The notes below the pieces were generated by a model that saw only the letters and a list, made by a program, of their open reading frames with translations, was not told the origin of the DNA and ran no database searches. The translations under genes and the position numbers were made by a program. Of a stretch of 32,554 bases of DNA, positions 1-8,750 are shown piece after piece (the stretch's first letter is position 1; the number at the start of each line of letters is the position of its first letter). Source of the stretch: a virus (taxonomy: Duplodnaviria; Caudoviricetes); the IMG/VR virus record IMGVR_UViG_3300002091_000071, positions 1 through 32,554 of that record; one strand, given 5' to 3'.

Positions 1-93
1 GATGACAAGAACGAAAGTTCCCTAAAAAGTAGTGGTTGGATGATACAAGAAGTTAAAGAATTAGATAAATGTACAATTTTGTCTAATATTTAA
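1..93 (+). CDS. 3' end of an ORF entering from outside the window (unknown product)
   Basis: Frame 1 is open from base 1 (DDKNESSLKSSGWMIQEVKELDKCTILSNI*). Its TAA overlaps the next ATG (TAATG at 91-95). Confidence 0.4.
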   Translation, partial: DDKNESSLKSSGWMIQEVKELDKCTILSNI

Positions 94-476
94 TGTACGG
101 TAGCGCACCTATGGCAAATAAAACTCATACAGAAGAAACTAAATTAAAAATGTCTAAAGATAGGTTAGGTGTTAATAATAGTTTCTATAATAAAAGACAT
201 TCGGAAGAATCTAAATTTAAAATTAGTAATTCACTTAAAGGTAAAAAAAGTTGGAATACGGGGAAAAAGTTATCATCAGAACATATTGAAAAATTAAAAA
301 TTTCTAAAATAAATTACACACCACCTAATAAAGGTAAAACAAGATTTGATTTAGATTTAATGGAAAAATTATTACAAAAAGGTTTAAAACAAATAGAAGT
401 TGCAAAACATTTTAATACAGACCAAGGAACTATTTCAAGATATATAAAAAAACATAAATTTAATTTAAAACTATAA
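93..476 (+). CDS. NUMOD3-repeat plus C-terminal HTH DNA-binding protein (homing-endonuclease-derived, no catalytic domain in this ORF)
   Basis: NUMOD3-like repeats KTHTEETKLKMS, KRHSEESKFKIS and KKLSSEHIEKL; HTH-like segment GLKQIEVAKHFNTDQGTISRYIKK. Confidence 0.75.
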   Translation: MYGSAPMANKTHTEETKLKMSKDRLGVNNSFYNKRHSEESKFKISNSLKGKKSWNTGKKLSSEHIEKLKISKINYTPPNKGKTRFDLDLMEKLLQKGLKQIEVAKHFNTDQGTISRYIKKHKFNLKL

Positions 477-479
477 ATT

Positions 480-908
480 ATGCCAACAGCAAATACACAA
501 CCAATTTTTTCAAGTTTAGGAGACGTACAGTGGTCAATTTCAGCAATAACCACAGCAAATACAACAAAAGATTTAACATCGGGAACTATTTATTTAACAT
601 TCACCGCTGACGCAACAAATGGTGGTTTCGTTCAAAGAATACGTTTTAGGTCGTTAGGGACAAACACCAACGCCACAGTTGCGAGGATTTGGATTAACAA
701 CGGTTCAACAACAGCAACCGTGACGAATAATACTTTATTTGATGAAATTACTCTAACTTCAATAACAAATAGTGAGACCTCGTCACAACCAACATTTGAA
801 TTACCATTAAACATTGCATTACCACCGGGGTATAAAATTTATGTAACGGTTGGTACCGCACCAACATCGGCAGGATGGCAAGCCACAGTAATAGGTGGTA
901 AATATTAA
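480..908 (+). CDS. Hypothetical Thr-rich beta-strand protein, probable virion/tail-fibre-associated
   Basis: 142-aa ORF tightly packed with the downstream Gly-rich genes. Function is inferred from composition and context only. Confidence 0.55.
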   Translation: MPTANTQPIFSSLGDVQWSISAITTANTTKDLTSGTIYLTFTADATNGGFVQRIRFRSLGTNTNATVARIWINNGSTTATVTNNTLFDEITLTSITNSETSSQPTFELPLNIALPPGYKIYVTVGTAPTSAGWQATVIGGKY

Positions 909-919
909 AATTTAAGATT

Positions 920-1105
920 ATGTATACATATACTTTATGTCAATTTGAATATGGTTATGAAGGGACTTTCTACCAAGAAACAGGTTCAAACGGAGAAGGA
1001 CTAATTCGTTTTGTAGATTTAGATGGAAACACTTTAAATTTAGAAGGTGAATATGGATATTTTGTGATAGATAATAATCCACCTAAACCAAGTTGGGCTA
1101 ATTAA
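920..1105 (+). CDS. Small hypothetical protein
   Basis: 61-aa ORF whose stop overlaps the next ATG (TAATG), suggesting translational coupling. Confidence 0.6.
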   Translation: MYTYTLCQFEYGYEGTFYQETGSNGEGLIRFVDLDGNTLNLEGEYGYFVIDNNPPKPSWAN

Positions 1106-1977
1106 TGATAGACATTTTTAACATACCTTCTTCAACTCAAAACACTATAACATTCTACGCTACAGGTAACTGGCAGACGTGGAATAAACCTCGCAACGCT
1201 AAAATGATAGAAATATTCTGTTTAGGAGGCGGTGGTGGAGGTGGTCACTCACTAACATCACCGACAGTAACAACAGGTGGAGGTTCAGGTGCTTCTGGAG
1301 GAATTGTTAGAGGATTAATTCCCGCTTTTTTGTTACCTGACACAATTTATATTTTAACAGGTAAAGGAGGTGTAGGAGCAATAACTTCAGGAGGTAGTGG
1401 AGGTAGTGGTGGTATTAGTTATATATCACTACAACCTTCAACTTCAGAACAAACATTAGTTTGTAAATCATCTACAACAGTATCAGGAGGAGGAACAGCT
1501 AATGGAGCAGGAGCTGCTCCACCAATATCTGTAGTTACACTTTCATCATTCGGTAATTTAGGATTATTTACCGCCATAGCTGGAATAGGTGGAAGTTCAT
1601 CCGGAGATAATACAGGGACTAGTGGTAGTAATACAGCATCGTTAGGAACAACTTTAGTAACAGGTGGTGCAGGTGGAGGTGGAAAAACCGCATCAGTTTT
1701 TGGGGCAGGAGGAAGTATAACAGCAGCATCAGCAATACTAACAACACAAGTAAATGGAGGTGTTACCGCGGGACAAAATGGTGATTCAGGGTATGGAACA
1801 TTACAACCTTTCTGTGGAACAGGAGGAGCAGGTGGTGCCGGAATAACAACAGGTGCAGGAGGAAAAGGTGGAAATGGATGGTATGGTTGTGGTGGTGGTG
1901 GAACCGGAGGTGGTTCTGTTGTTTCTAAAGGTGGTAATGGTGGTGACGGTTTAGTCATAATAACAGTAATATCATAA
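1105..1977 (+). CDS. Glycine-rich domain protein, paralog 1 (probable tail fibre/virion protein)
   Basis: N-terminal WQTWNKPR...IFCLGGGGGGG and C-terminal GGNGGDGLVIIT, typical of phage Gly-rich (Gly_rich_2-like) domains. Confidence 0.75.
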   Translation: MIDIFNIPSSTQNTITFYATGNWQTWNKPRNAKMIEIFCLGGGGGGGHSLTSPTVTTGGGSGASGGIVRGLIPAFLLPDTIYILTGKGGVGAITSGGSGGSGGISYISLQPSTSEQTLVCKSSTTVSGGGTANGAGAAPPISVVTLSSFGNLGLFTAIAGIGGSSSGDNTGTSGSNTASLGTTLVTGGAGGGGKTASVFGAGGSITAASAILTTQVNGGVTAGQNGDSGYGTLQPFCGTGGAGGAGITTGAGGKGGNGWYGCGGGGTGGGSVVSKGGNGGDGLVIITVIS

Positions 1978-1978
1978 T

Positions 1979-2857
1979 ATGTTAGATTTATCATATTTTC
2001 AAAATCAAAACTCAAACGTGCAAGGATTCTTCAATGGAGGAACTTGGCAAACATGGATAAAACCAAGAGGTGCTAAACTTGTCAATATTATTTGTCAAGG
2101 TTCAGGTGCTGGAGGTGGTGGAGGATTACAATCAGCTTCTACACCCAGATGTGGTGGAGGAAGTGGAGGTACAGGTGCCAGTGCAAGAATAACTATTAAC
2201 GCAAATTTACTACCCGATATACTTTATATATTACCCGGTATAGGTGGAACCGGAGGATTAGGTGGAACATCTGCAACATCAGGTTCTTCAGGACAAAATA
2301 GCTTTGTTACTTTAATACCTGACACAACATCTGTATCAAACGTTATTTTACGTTCAGGTACAACTCCTGCAACCGGAGGATTAGATGGAACATCTGCAGT
2401 TGGAGTAGCAGGTGTAGGAGAAACACTAGGGGTGATAGGTAACAGTATTTTTGCTAATTTAGGAACATATACTTTTCAAGCAGGAGCTTCTGGTCTTGCA
2501 GGGGGTACTACTACAGGTCAAGGACTAATACCATTAAACTTTGTAAACGGAGGTACAGGAGGTGGAGGTACAGGTACAAGTGGAGCTTTTTTTAACACAG
2601 GAGTATTCCCATATATAGCACCAACACCTGTAAATACTAATGGAGCTGGAAATATTATACTTTATAAACCAACATTAATGTTATTTGGTGGTCTAGGAGG
2701 TGGAGGTTCTTTATCATCAGGTAGTGGTGGTAATGGAGGAAATGGTGCTCCGGGTGCTGGTGGTGGCGGAGGTGGAGCTTCTTTTAACACAGGAGTTAAT
2801 GCAGGAAATGGTGGAAGAGGTGGAGACGGATTCGTTATAATAACAACAAGTTTATAA
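1979..2857 (+). CDS. Glycine-rich domain protein, paralog 2
   Basis: WQTWIKPR, LPDILYI and GGRGGDGFVIIT; same architecture as its neighbours. Confidence 0.75.
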   Translation: MLDLSYFQNQNSNVQGFFNGGTWQTWIKPRGAKLVNIICQGSGAGGGGGLQSASTPRCGGGSGGTGASARITINANLLPDILYILPGIGGTGGLGGTSATSGSSGQNSFVTLIPDTTSVSNVILRSGTTPATGGLDGTSAVGVAGVGETLGVIGNSIFANLGTYTFQAGASGLAGGTTTGQGLIPLNFVNGGTGGGGTGTSGAFFNTGVFPYIAPTPVNTNGAGNIILYKPTLMLFGGLGGGGSLSSGSGGNGGNGAPGAGGGGGGASFNTGVNAGNGGRGGDGFVIITTSL

Positions 2858-2860
2858 TTT

Positions 2861-3754
2861 ATGATAGATTTATTTAACATACCAAATTCTCAGGATAATA
2901 CGTCAATATTTTACGCAAATGGGTCTGCTTGGCAAACTTGGAGAAAACCAAGAAAATGTAACTATGTTTGGATGATGGCCATTGGTGGGGGTGCAGGTGG
3001 TGCAGGTGGTTTTAATGGTACCGCAAATATGGCGGTAGGTGGTGCAGCGGGTGCCATTACTAGAACACTTTTTAACTCATCAAATCTACCCGATATTTTA
3101 TATATACAAGTTGGTTTAGGTGGTAGAGGTGGTACTCCCCCCAATTCCGGTGCCACAGGTAATAGAAGTTTCATAAGTTTATCTTCAAGTACTATAGCAA
3201 CAAATGTTATAATGGCTTCAGGAACTGCCGGAGCAGTAGGAGGACCCTCAGGTGCGGGTGCATCCGTATTAGGGGAAACCGCCTTTACTAGTGCTGTGGG
3301 TAACTTTATTACTTTATCCACTTTTATTTCAACAATAGGTAATCCAACACCATTATATACTAGTTCAATTATAGATATAACACCTTTAACATCACAAATA
3401 ACTTGCCCTGGAGCTGGAGGTGGGGGAGTTAGTGCTACAACCCCATCAATAACAGTGTTTGATGGAAGTTCAATAAATGCAACATCATTTTCACCAAGAA
3501 TATCAGGAGGAACATCTTTTACAGGAAGTACTGCGGCAACTAATGGTGCAGATGGTTATACCTCTTGGAAACCATTTTTTTCAACAGGAGGTGCGGGTGG
3601 TGGTTGCTCTTATTCCGGTACTTCAGGAAATGGTGGTAAAGGTGGTATAGGTTCAGGAGGAGGAGCTGGAGGTTGTTCTAATACAACCGCCGGTGGTGTT
3701 GCTGGAAATGGAGGAGATGGTGGTGACGGTTTAGTGATTATTGTTAGTTTTTAA
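2861..3754 (+). CDS. Glycine-rich domain protein, paralog 3
   Basis: WQTWRKPR, LPDILYI and GGDGGDGLVIIV. Confidence 0.75.
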   Translation: MIDLFNIPNSQDNTSIFYANGSAWQTWRKPRKCNYVWMMAIGGGAGGAGGFNGTANMAVGGAAGAITRTLFNSSNLPDILYIQVGLGGRGGTPPNSGATGNRSFISLSSSTIATNVIMASGTAGAVGGPSGAGASVLGETAFTSAVGNFITLSTFISTIGNPTPLYTSSIIDITPLTSQITCPGAGGGGVSATTPSITVFDGSSINATSFSPRISGGTSFTGSTAATNGADGYTSWKPFFSTGGAGGGCSYSGTSGNGGKGGIGSGGGAGGCSNTTAGGVAGNGGDGGDGLVIIVSF

Positions 3755-3787
3755 ATACTTATAAAATAAGAACAAAGATAATTAACA

Positions 3788-5926
3788 ATGCAAGTAATAG
3801 AAATCACAAGTTTATCAGGACACACCCCATTTAACATATCAATATGTGATATAACAAAAACTTATTGTTATTCGGGAGTCACATCGGCGACAACCGTCCC
3901 ATTAACAATTAATATCCCAACGGAATTATTGGGAACTAATGAGTTATTGGTTGTGGTAAAGGATTCAATAGGTTGTGAAACATTCCACCCGTATTATTGT
4001 ATTACACCGACTCCAACTCCGACATTAACCCCAACTCCGACAATTACACCGACAAACATTTCTTGTAATTGTATAACATTTACAAATACGGGATTAACCA
4101 CAGGTGATTATAGTTATATTGATTGTAACGGGGATAATATAAGTTTTACAATTAATTCAGGGACTACATTATATGTTTGTGGTAAATCACCAATTGCTTC
4201 GAGTGGAGTAACCTATTCAATGGGATTACCTTGTTCTAATAACACTTGTGTATTTCCAACGCCAACACCGACCTCAACACCGGTTATTGTGGATTGTGTT
4301 AGTTATATTACCACAGGAGGTACGGATATATTTAAGTATAATATTGACACTAATGATTTAACATTATTAACATTCCCATCTTTACCATCAATAAGTGATA
4401 TTGCAAATAATAGTAATAAATTTTGGATTACAGATGTTAGTAACCCTCAAGGAATTACGGAGTATTATATTAATCCAAATCCATTTGTTGCGACATATAA
4501 TCGAACAATAACCTCATCACAAACTTTATCGGGATTATGTGTTAAAGATAGTAATACTTTAATTTCAACAATAACGGGAGTAACTGTTGGGGATTCGTCA
4601 ATTATTGTTGAAGTTGATTTAACAAACGAGTTTGCGGTGATTACCAATAAATTTTCATTACCATCAACGGGTAGAACTTTGGGTGATTTAGTTTATTTTC
4701 CATCAACAGATAAATTATATGTTGCAAATTTAAATAATTTTAATGTATATTTGACTCAATTTAATTATACAACAGGTGCTGTTGAATATGATGTAACACT
4801 TAATCCATCAATTAACACTGTTTATGGATTGTCATCAAAAAATAATAATCTTTATCTTTTTGAATACTTGACAGGTAAGGTTTATCGTCTTGATGATATA
4901 ACAATACCGACCTTCACATTAGTTCAAACAACAATTTCTGCTGTTGGTGCTGCCTCATCAGATGTTAGTTGTGCAATTGCTGTAACTCCCACACCAACCC
5001 CAACAATGACACAAACTATTGGTTGTGTTACTCCGGTTTTAAGTAGTGTTACAAAATTATCTGGTTCAACATACGGAGTTATTTTTTCAACTAGTTATAA
5101 TTGTACGTCAGTAGATATTGAATACTCAAGAGATAATGTGAGTTGGTCTGCAAACACAGGGTCTTGTTCAACCTCAAGAATAGTTAATACCGGTGACGGT
5201 TCAGGTGCTTGGTATTTTAGAATCATTCAATTATGCGGTGGAAATTATTTAACAGGGAATACATTAACATATATCCCAACATCACCAAACCCAACACCAA
5301 CAGTTACACCGACACCTACATACCCATATAATAATTTAGGGTATACATATATTGTTCCGGAACCACAAGACGCCACGTCATTAAGTAATTTAAGTACTTA
5401 TATGAGAAGTAGTGGCAGTACTTTCTTAGGGTGGGGTAATAGTGGATTACCATCAACAATTAATTACTCGATTAATTTAGATACCTACATACATTATTCA
5501 GGGTTCACTGGAGGTAGTGGTAATTTCATTTCTAATGTTGGTAATCTTAGAAGTTCAAATAACTCTGACAATTTTGGTTGTACTTCTATTGGAATTTTTA
5601 ACACTATAGAAATAACTCCAATAGACATTAACCCTAATATTCAGTATTTTTATACAATATGGGTTCCAATTATTGTACCGTTTCCATCAATTTCTAATAT
5701 ATTAGTTAATATTGGATATGGAGCACCTTGTACTTCATCAATACTTAACAATGGAGTTCCAGACACTTTATTATTTTCTCAAGATGTTTTTGTTACTTCA
5801 GGAGCACCAATACCTACGGGGTATTATAAAGTATTATGGTTAGACCCATCTTGTTTATTACCAACATCAGCACCACCACCTGAATTAGGGTTCCCTCTAT
5901 ATTTTAAAGCGTCGGGGTTTTTATAA
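3788..5926 (+). CDS. Multidomain protein with Pro-Thr linkers, Cys-containing small domains and a probable beta-propeller; probable virion surface protein
   Basis: Four (PT)n linkers separate the domains. The central ~230 aa show propeller-like blades (SDIA..KFWIT, GDLVYF..KLYVAN, GLSS..NLYLF). Confidence 0.6.
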   Translation: MQVIEITSLSGHTPFNISICDITKTYCYSGVTSATTVPLTINIPTELLGTNELLVVVKDSIGCETFHPYYCITPTPTPTLTPTPTITPTNISCNCITFTNTGLTTGDYSYIDCNGDNISFTINSGTTLYVCGKSPIASSGVTYSMGLPCSNNTCVFPTPTPTSTPVIVDCVSYITTGGTDIFKYNIDTNDLTLLTFPSLPSISDIANNSNKFWITDVSNPQGITEYYINPNPFVATYNRTITSSQTLSGLCVKDSNTLISTITGVTVGDSSIIVEVDLTNEFAVITNKFSLPSTGRTLGDLVYFPSTDKLYVANLNNFNVYLTQFNYTTGAVEYDVTLNPSINTVYGLSSKNNNLYLFEYLTGKVYRLDDITIPTFTLVQTTISAVGAASSDVSCAIAVTPTPTPTMTQTIGCVTPVLSSVTKLSGSTYGVIFSTSYNCTSVDIEYSRDNVSWSANTGSCSTSRIVNTGDGSGAWYFRIIQLCGGNYLTGNTLTYIPTSPNPTPTVTPTPTYPYNNLGYTYIVPEPQDATSLSNLSTYMRSSGSTFLGWGNSGLPSTINYSINLDTYIHYSGFTGGSGNFISNVGNLRSSNNSDNFGCTSIGIFNTIEITPIDINPNIQYFYTIWVPIIVPFPSISNILVNIGYGAPCTSSILNNGVPDTLLFSQDVFVTSGAPIPTGYYKVLWLDPSCLLPTSAPPPELGFPLYFKASGFL

Positions 5927-5974
5927 ATTTATCATTTTATTATAAAAAAATACTACTTTTTATAAAAATCAAGA

Positions 5975-5981
5975 TATTTAT
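5975..5981 (+). promoter_or_regulatory. TATTTAT putative phage promoter element of RHH-HNH cassette 1
   Basis: AGATATTTATATAAT immediately precedes the ATG at 5987; the same motif precedes the other two cassettes and most other genes. Confidence 0.6.
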
Positions 5982-5986
5982 ATAAT

Positions 5987-6142
5987 ATGGGAAGAAAACA
6001 AAAATTGTTAGAAGAAAAAAAAATCAAAGTTAGTATTAGTTTAGATAGAGAACTATATTCTTTAATTAAACAAGACAAATTAATGCCGTCCCGAATTATA
6101 GAAAAATTGGTTAGAGATTATTATGGAAACAAAAGTTTGTAG
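5987..6142 (+). CDS. Ribbon-helix-helix (CopG/Arc-like) small DNA-binding protein, cassette 1 (not in ORF track)
   Basis: Manual translation MGRKQKLLEEKKIKVSISLDRELYSLIKQDKLMPSRIIEKLVRDYYGNKSL* (51 aa): alternating beta-strand IKVSISL followed by two helices. Two same-length paralogs occur in the window. Confidence 0.8.
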   Translation: MGRKQKLLEEKKIKVSISLDRELYSLIKQDKLMPSRIIEKLVRDYYGNKSL

Positions 6143-6908
6143 TAAATGTAAAGTTGAAAAAGATACTTGTGAGTTTGGGAAAAAAATAACAAATAAAGAC
6201 GGGTTACAAAGTAGATGTAGAGAATGCCGAAAAATAGAAACTAAAGAGTATCTTGATAGATATCCAGAAAAAAATAAAGAAAAATGGAAAAAAAACAAAG
6301 AAATTCTGTCCGAAAAATTTAAAGAATGGGTTAAACAAAATCCTGATTATTATAAGAAATGGAGGTTGGAAAATAAAGATAAAATTAACGAATTAAAAAG
6401 ACAGCGTTATTCACTTCATAAAGAAAAAAATAGACAAAAATCAAAAGAATGGAGATTAAAAAATAAAGATGTTTTATTACAAAAAAATAAGGACTATCGA
6501 GAAAGAAATAAAGAACTATTAAATGAAAAAAGACGAAAAAACCGTTTGGAAAATTTAGAAGAATATAGAAGATTAGAACGTGAAAGATACGAAAAAAATA
6601 CCCATTTAAAATTAATAAGAAACTATAGGACAAGAATAAAAAACTATATGAAATTCAACAAAGTATCAATTGGTACAGGTACTTTAGAATTGGTTGGATT
6701 GACTTCTCAAGAACTAAAAGAATATTTAGAATCTAAATTTGTTGACGGTATGTGTTGGGATAATTATGGATTATATGGTTGGCATATAGACCACATAATC
6801 CCTCTTTCATCAACAAAAAATGATGATGACTTAAAAAAATTATGTCATTACACAAATTTACAACCCTTGTGGTCATTTGAAAATTTAAGTAAGGGTTCCA
6901 AATTTTAA
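6123..6908 (+). CDS. Zn-finger + HNH endonuclease, cassette 1
   Basis: N-terminal CSKC...CREC, a K/E/R-rich helical linker, and C-terminal WHIDHIIPLSS...LCHYTNLQPLWSFENLSK. Confidence 0.85.
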   Translation: METKVCSKCKVEKDTCEFGKKITNKDGLQSRCRECRKIETKEYLDRYPEKNKEKWKKNKEILSEKFKEWVKQNPDYYKKWRLENKDKINELKRQRYSLHKEKNRQKSKEWRLKNKDVLLQKNKDYRERNKELLNEKRRKNRLENLEEYRRLERERYEKNTHLKLIRNYRTRIKNYMKFNKVSIGTGTLELVGLTSQELKEYLESKFVDGMCWDNYGLYGWHIDHIIPLSSTKNDDDLKKLCHYTNLQPLWSFENLSKGSKF

Positions 6909-6918
6909 TTTTTGTATA

Positions 6919-6926
6919 TATTTTTG
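6919..6926 (+). promoter_or_regulatory. Bacteroidota-type -7 promoter element (TAnnTTTG)
   Basis: TATTTTTG in the intergenic gap upstream of the glycosyltransferase cluster; could be chance in AT-rich DNA. Confidence 0.35.
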
Positions 6927-6962
6927 CATTAATTTTTTTATTTTTTAAATAAAAAAAAAACT

Positions 6963-8213
6963 ATGTCAAAAATATTCATACAAATTGCCAGTTTCTGTGA
7001 CCCCCAACTTGGTATTACAATTAAAGATTGTATTGAAAATTCTAAACACCCCGAAAAATTAGTATTTGGTATTACTAATCAATATAACCCTGACGACGAA
7101 TTTAATATTGATGAATACCAAAATGATGAACGATTTAGGATTGAAAATATCTTACACACCGAATCTAAAGGTGCTTGTTGGGCTCGTAACCTACTTCAAC
7201 AAAGATATAGTGGTGAAACCTACACCTTTCAAATTGACTCTCATATGAGGTTTACACCAAATTGGGATGTCGAAATGATTAAGATGATTAAACAACTTCA
7301 AAAGAAAGGATTTAAGAAACCTTTATTAACGGGATATGTTTCTTCTTTTAATCCCGATAATGACCCGGCAGGGAGAGTTCAGGAACCTTGGAGGATGTCA
7401 TTCGACAGATTTATACCGGAATCTCCTGTCTTTTTCTTACCTGAGACTATTCCGGGGTGGCAAAACTTAACAGAACCAGTTCCCTCAAGATTTTATTCGG
7501 CCCACTTTTGTTTTACATTAGGACAATTCTGTATAGAAGTGCCTCACGATGAAAATTATTATTTTCACGGAGAAGAAATTTCTATCGGTGTCAGAGCATT
7601 CACTCACGGGTATGACCTTTTTCATCCTCACAAGGTTTTAATATGGCACGAATATGAAAGAAAAGGTCGAGTGAAACAGTGGGATATTGATAAAAAGTGG
7701 GTCGATAAAAACAATTCATCACATTTAAGAAATAGAAAACTTTTCTCTATGGATGGTGAGGTCTATAATCCTGAAGAGTTTGGGATATATGGTTTTGGAA
7801 ATGAAAGAACATTAAAAGATTATGAAATTTATTCAGGTCTTAAATTTTCAAATAGAGCTGTTCAACAATATACATTAGATAAACATTATCCACCTAACCC
7901 ACAAATTTTTCAAACAGAAGAAGAATGGTTGGCAAGTTATGCTAGTATCTTTAAACACTGTATTGATATTGGATTTACTCAAGTTCCGGAAAAAGATTAT
8001 GATTTTTGGGTTGTAGCATTTCACGATGAGAATGATGAAACTATTTTCAGAAAAGATGCGGACATCAACGAGATTAATATGATGATGAGAGACCCTGATG
8101 GGTATTGTAAAGTATGGAGAGAATTCCAAACTACTCATAAACCAAAGTACTGGGTTGTTTGGCCATATAGTAAGTCAAAAGGTTGGTGCGATAGAATAAC
8201 AGGTAATCTATAA
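6963..8213 (+). CDS. GT60-like / Pfam GlcNAc-family glycosyltransferase (Skp1-Hyp or polypeptide alpha-GlcNAc transferase-like) with C-terminal extension
   Basis: IFIQIASFCDPQL (family usually ASYRD), SKGACWAR, QIDSHMRF (DxH), FHGEEI, HGYDLFHP. Confidence 0.8.
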   Translation: MSKIFIQIASFCDPQLGITIKDCIENSKHPEKLVFGITNQYNPDDEFNIDEYQNDERFRIENILHTESKGACWARNLLQQRYSGETYTFQIDSHMRFTPNWDVEMIKMIKQLQKKGFKKPLLTGYVSSFNPDNDPAGRVQEPWRMSFDRFIPESPVFFLPETIPGWQNLTEPVPSRFYSAHFCFTLGQFCIEVPHDENYYFHGEEISIGVRAFTHGYDLFHPHKVLIWHEYERKGRVKQWDIDKKWVDKNNSSHLRNRKLFSMDGEVYNPEEFGIYGFGNERTLKDYEIYSGLKFSNRAVQQYTLDKHYPPNPQIFQTEEEWLASYASIFKHCIDIGFTQVPEKDYDFWVVAFHDENDETIFRKDADINEINMMMRDPDGYCKVWREFQTTHKPKYWVVWPYSKSKGWCDRITGNL

Positions 8214-8392
8214 TGATTTTAATATCACATAGAGGTAATATTAATGGTAAATTTGAATCTTATGAAAATGAACCAACTTATATTGATTTAGCCTTATCTA
8301 AAGGATATGATGTTGAAATTGATGTATGGTACGTTGATGGTTTACTTTACTTAGGTCACGATAAACCTCAATATGGGATAGAAAATCTTTAA
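8213..8392 (+). pseudogene. Truncated GDPD/PLC-like phosphodiesterase, N-terminal 59 aa (not in ORF track)
   Basis: Manual translation MILISHRGNINGKFESYENEPTYIDLALSKGYDVEIDVWYVDGLLYLGHDKPQYGIENL*, with HRG, EN, ExD and GHD motifs and then an early stop. Confidence 0.7.
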
Positions 8393-8397
8393 TTAAA

Positions 8398-8748
8398 TTG
8401 CTTGAAAGTAATTTAAAATTAGGGTTACATCATTTTGATACCTCATATGTGAGAAATATGAAGGGAGAATTAAGACATAATATGACCGGGGATTTTTATG
8501 AGACTAAAGATGATTATTGGGATTATGGTTTTAAACATCTTTGTTTAAATAAATTTGATTACACATCTAATTACGCATTTGATGAAAGAAATGTTGATGG
8601 GGATTATTTTTTATTTTTGTATTCTGAAATAATTAGATTTGGTAAATTTAATTTTAAAACTCACAATAATAATAGATTTTTTTTAGAAAAATTTTTAAAC
8701 GAAAAAGATATTACACCTCAACACCCAATTTACGGTAAATTTTTTTAA
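8398..8748 (+). pseudogene. Probable C-terminal remnant of a hypothetical gene
   Basis: TTG start only. The frame is open from 8365 and overlaps the end of the truncated phosphodiesterase, consistent with a deletion junction. Confidence 0.4.
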
Positions 8749-8750
8749 AT

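Noticed and set aside
1419-3321. Pro-rich minus-strand ORFs (1419-2015, 2662-2880, 2962-3321)
   Set aside because: They are antisense shadows of GGN glycine codons in the Gly-rich genes.
1105-3754. Diversity-generating retroelement acting on the Gly-rich paralogs
   Set aside because: No reverse transcriptase and no near-identical repeat pair with adenine-specific differences were seen.
6080-6633. Phe/Leu/Ile-rich ORFs opposite the HNH genes (also 12445-12690 and 17344-17529)
   Set aside because: They are antisense shadows of Lys/Glu-rich coding sequence and are not conserved in position or length among the three cassettes.
5927-6962. RHH-HNH cassettes as classical insertion sequences
   Set aside because: No transposase motif, terminal inverted repeats or target-site duplications were visible around any copy.
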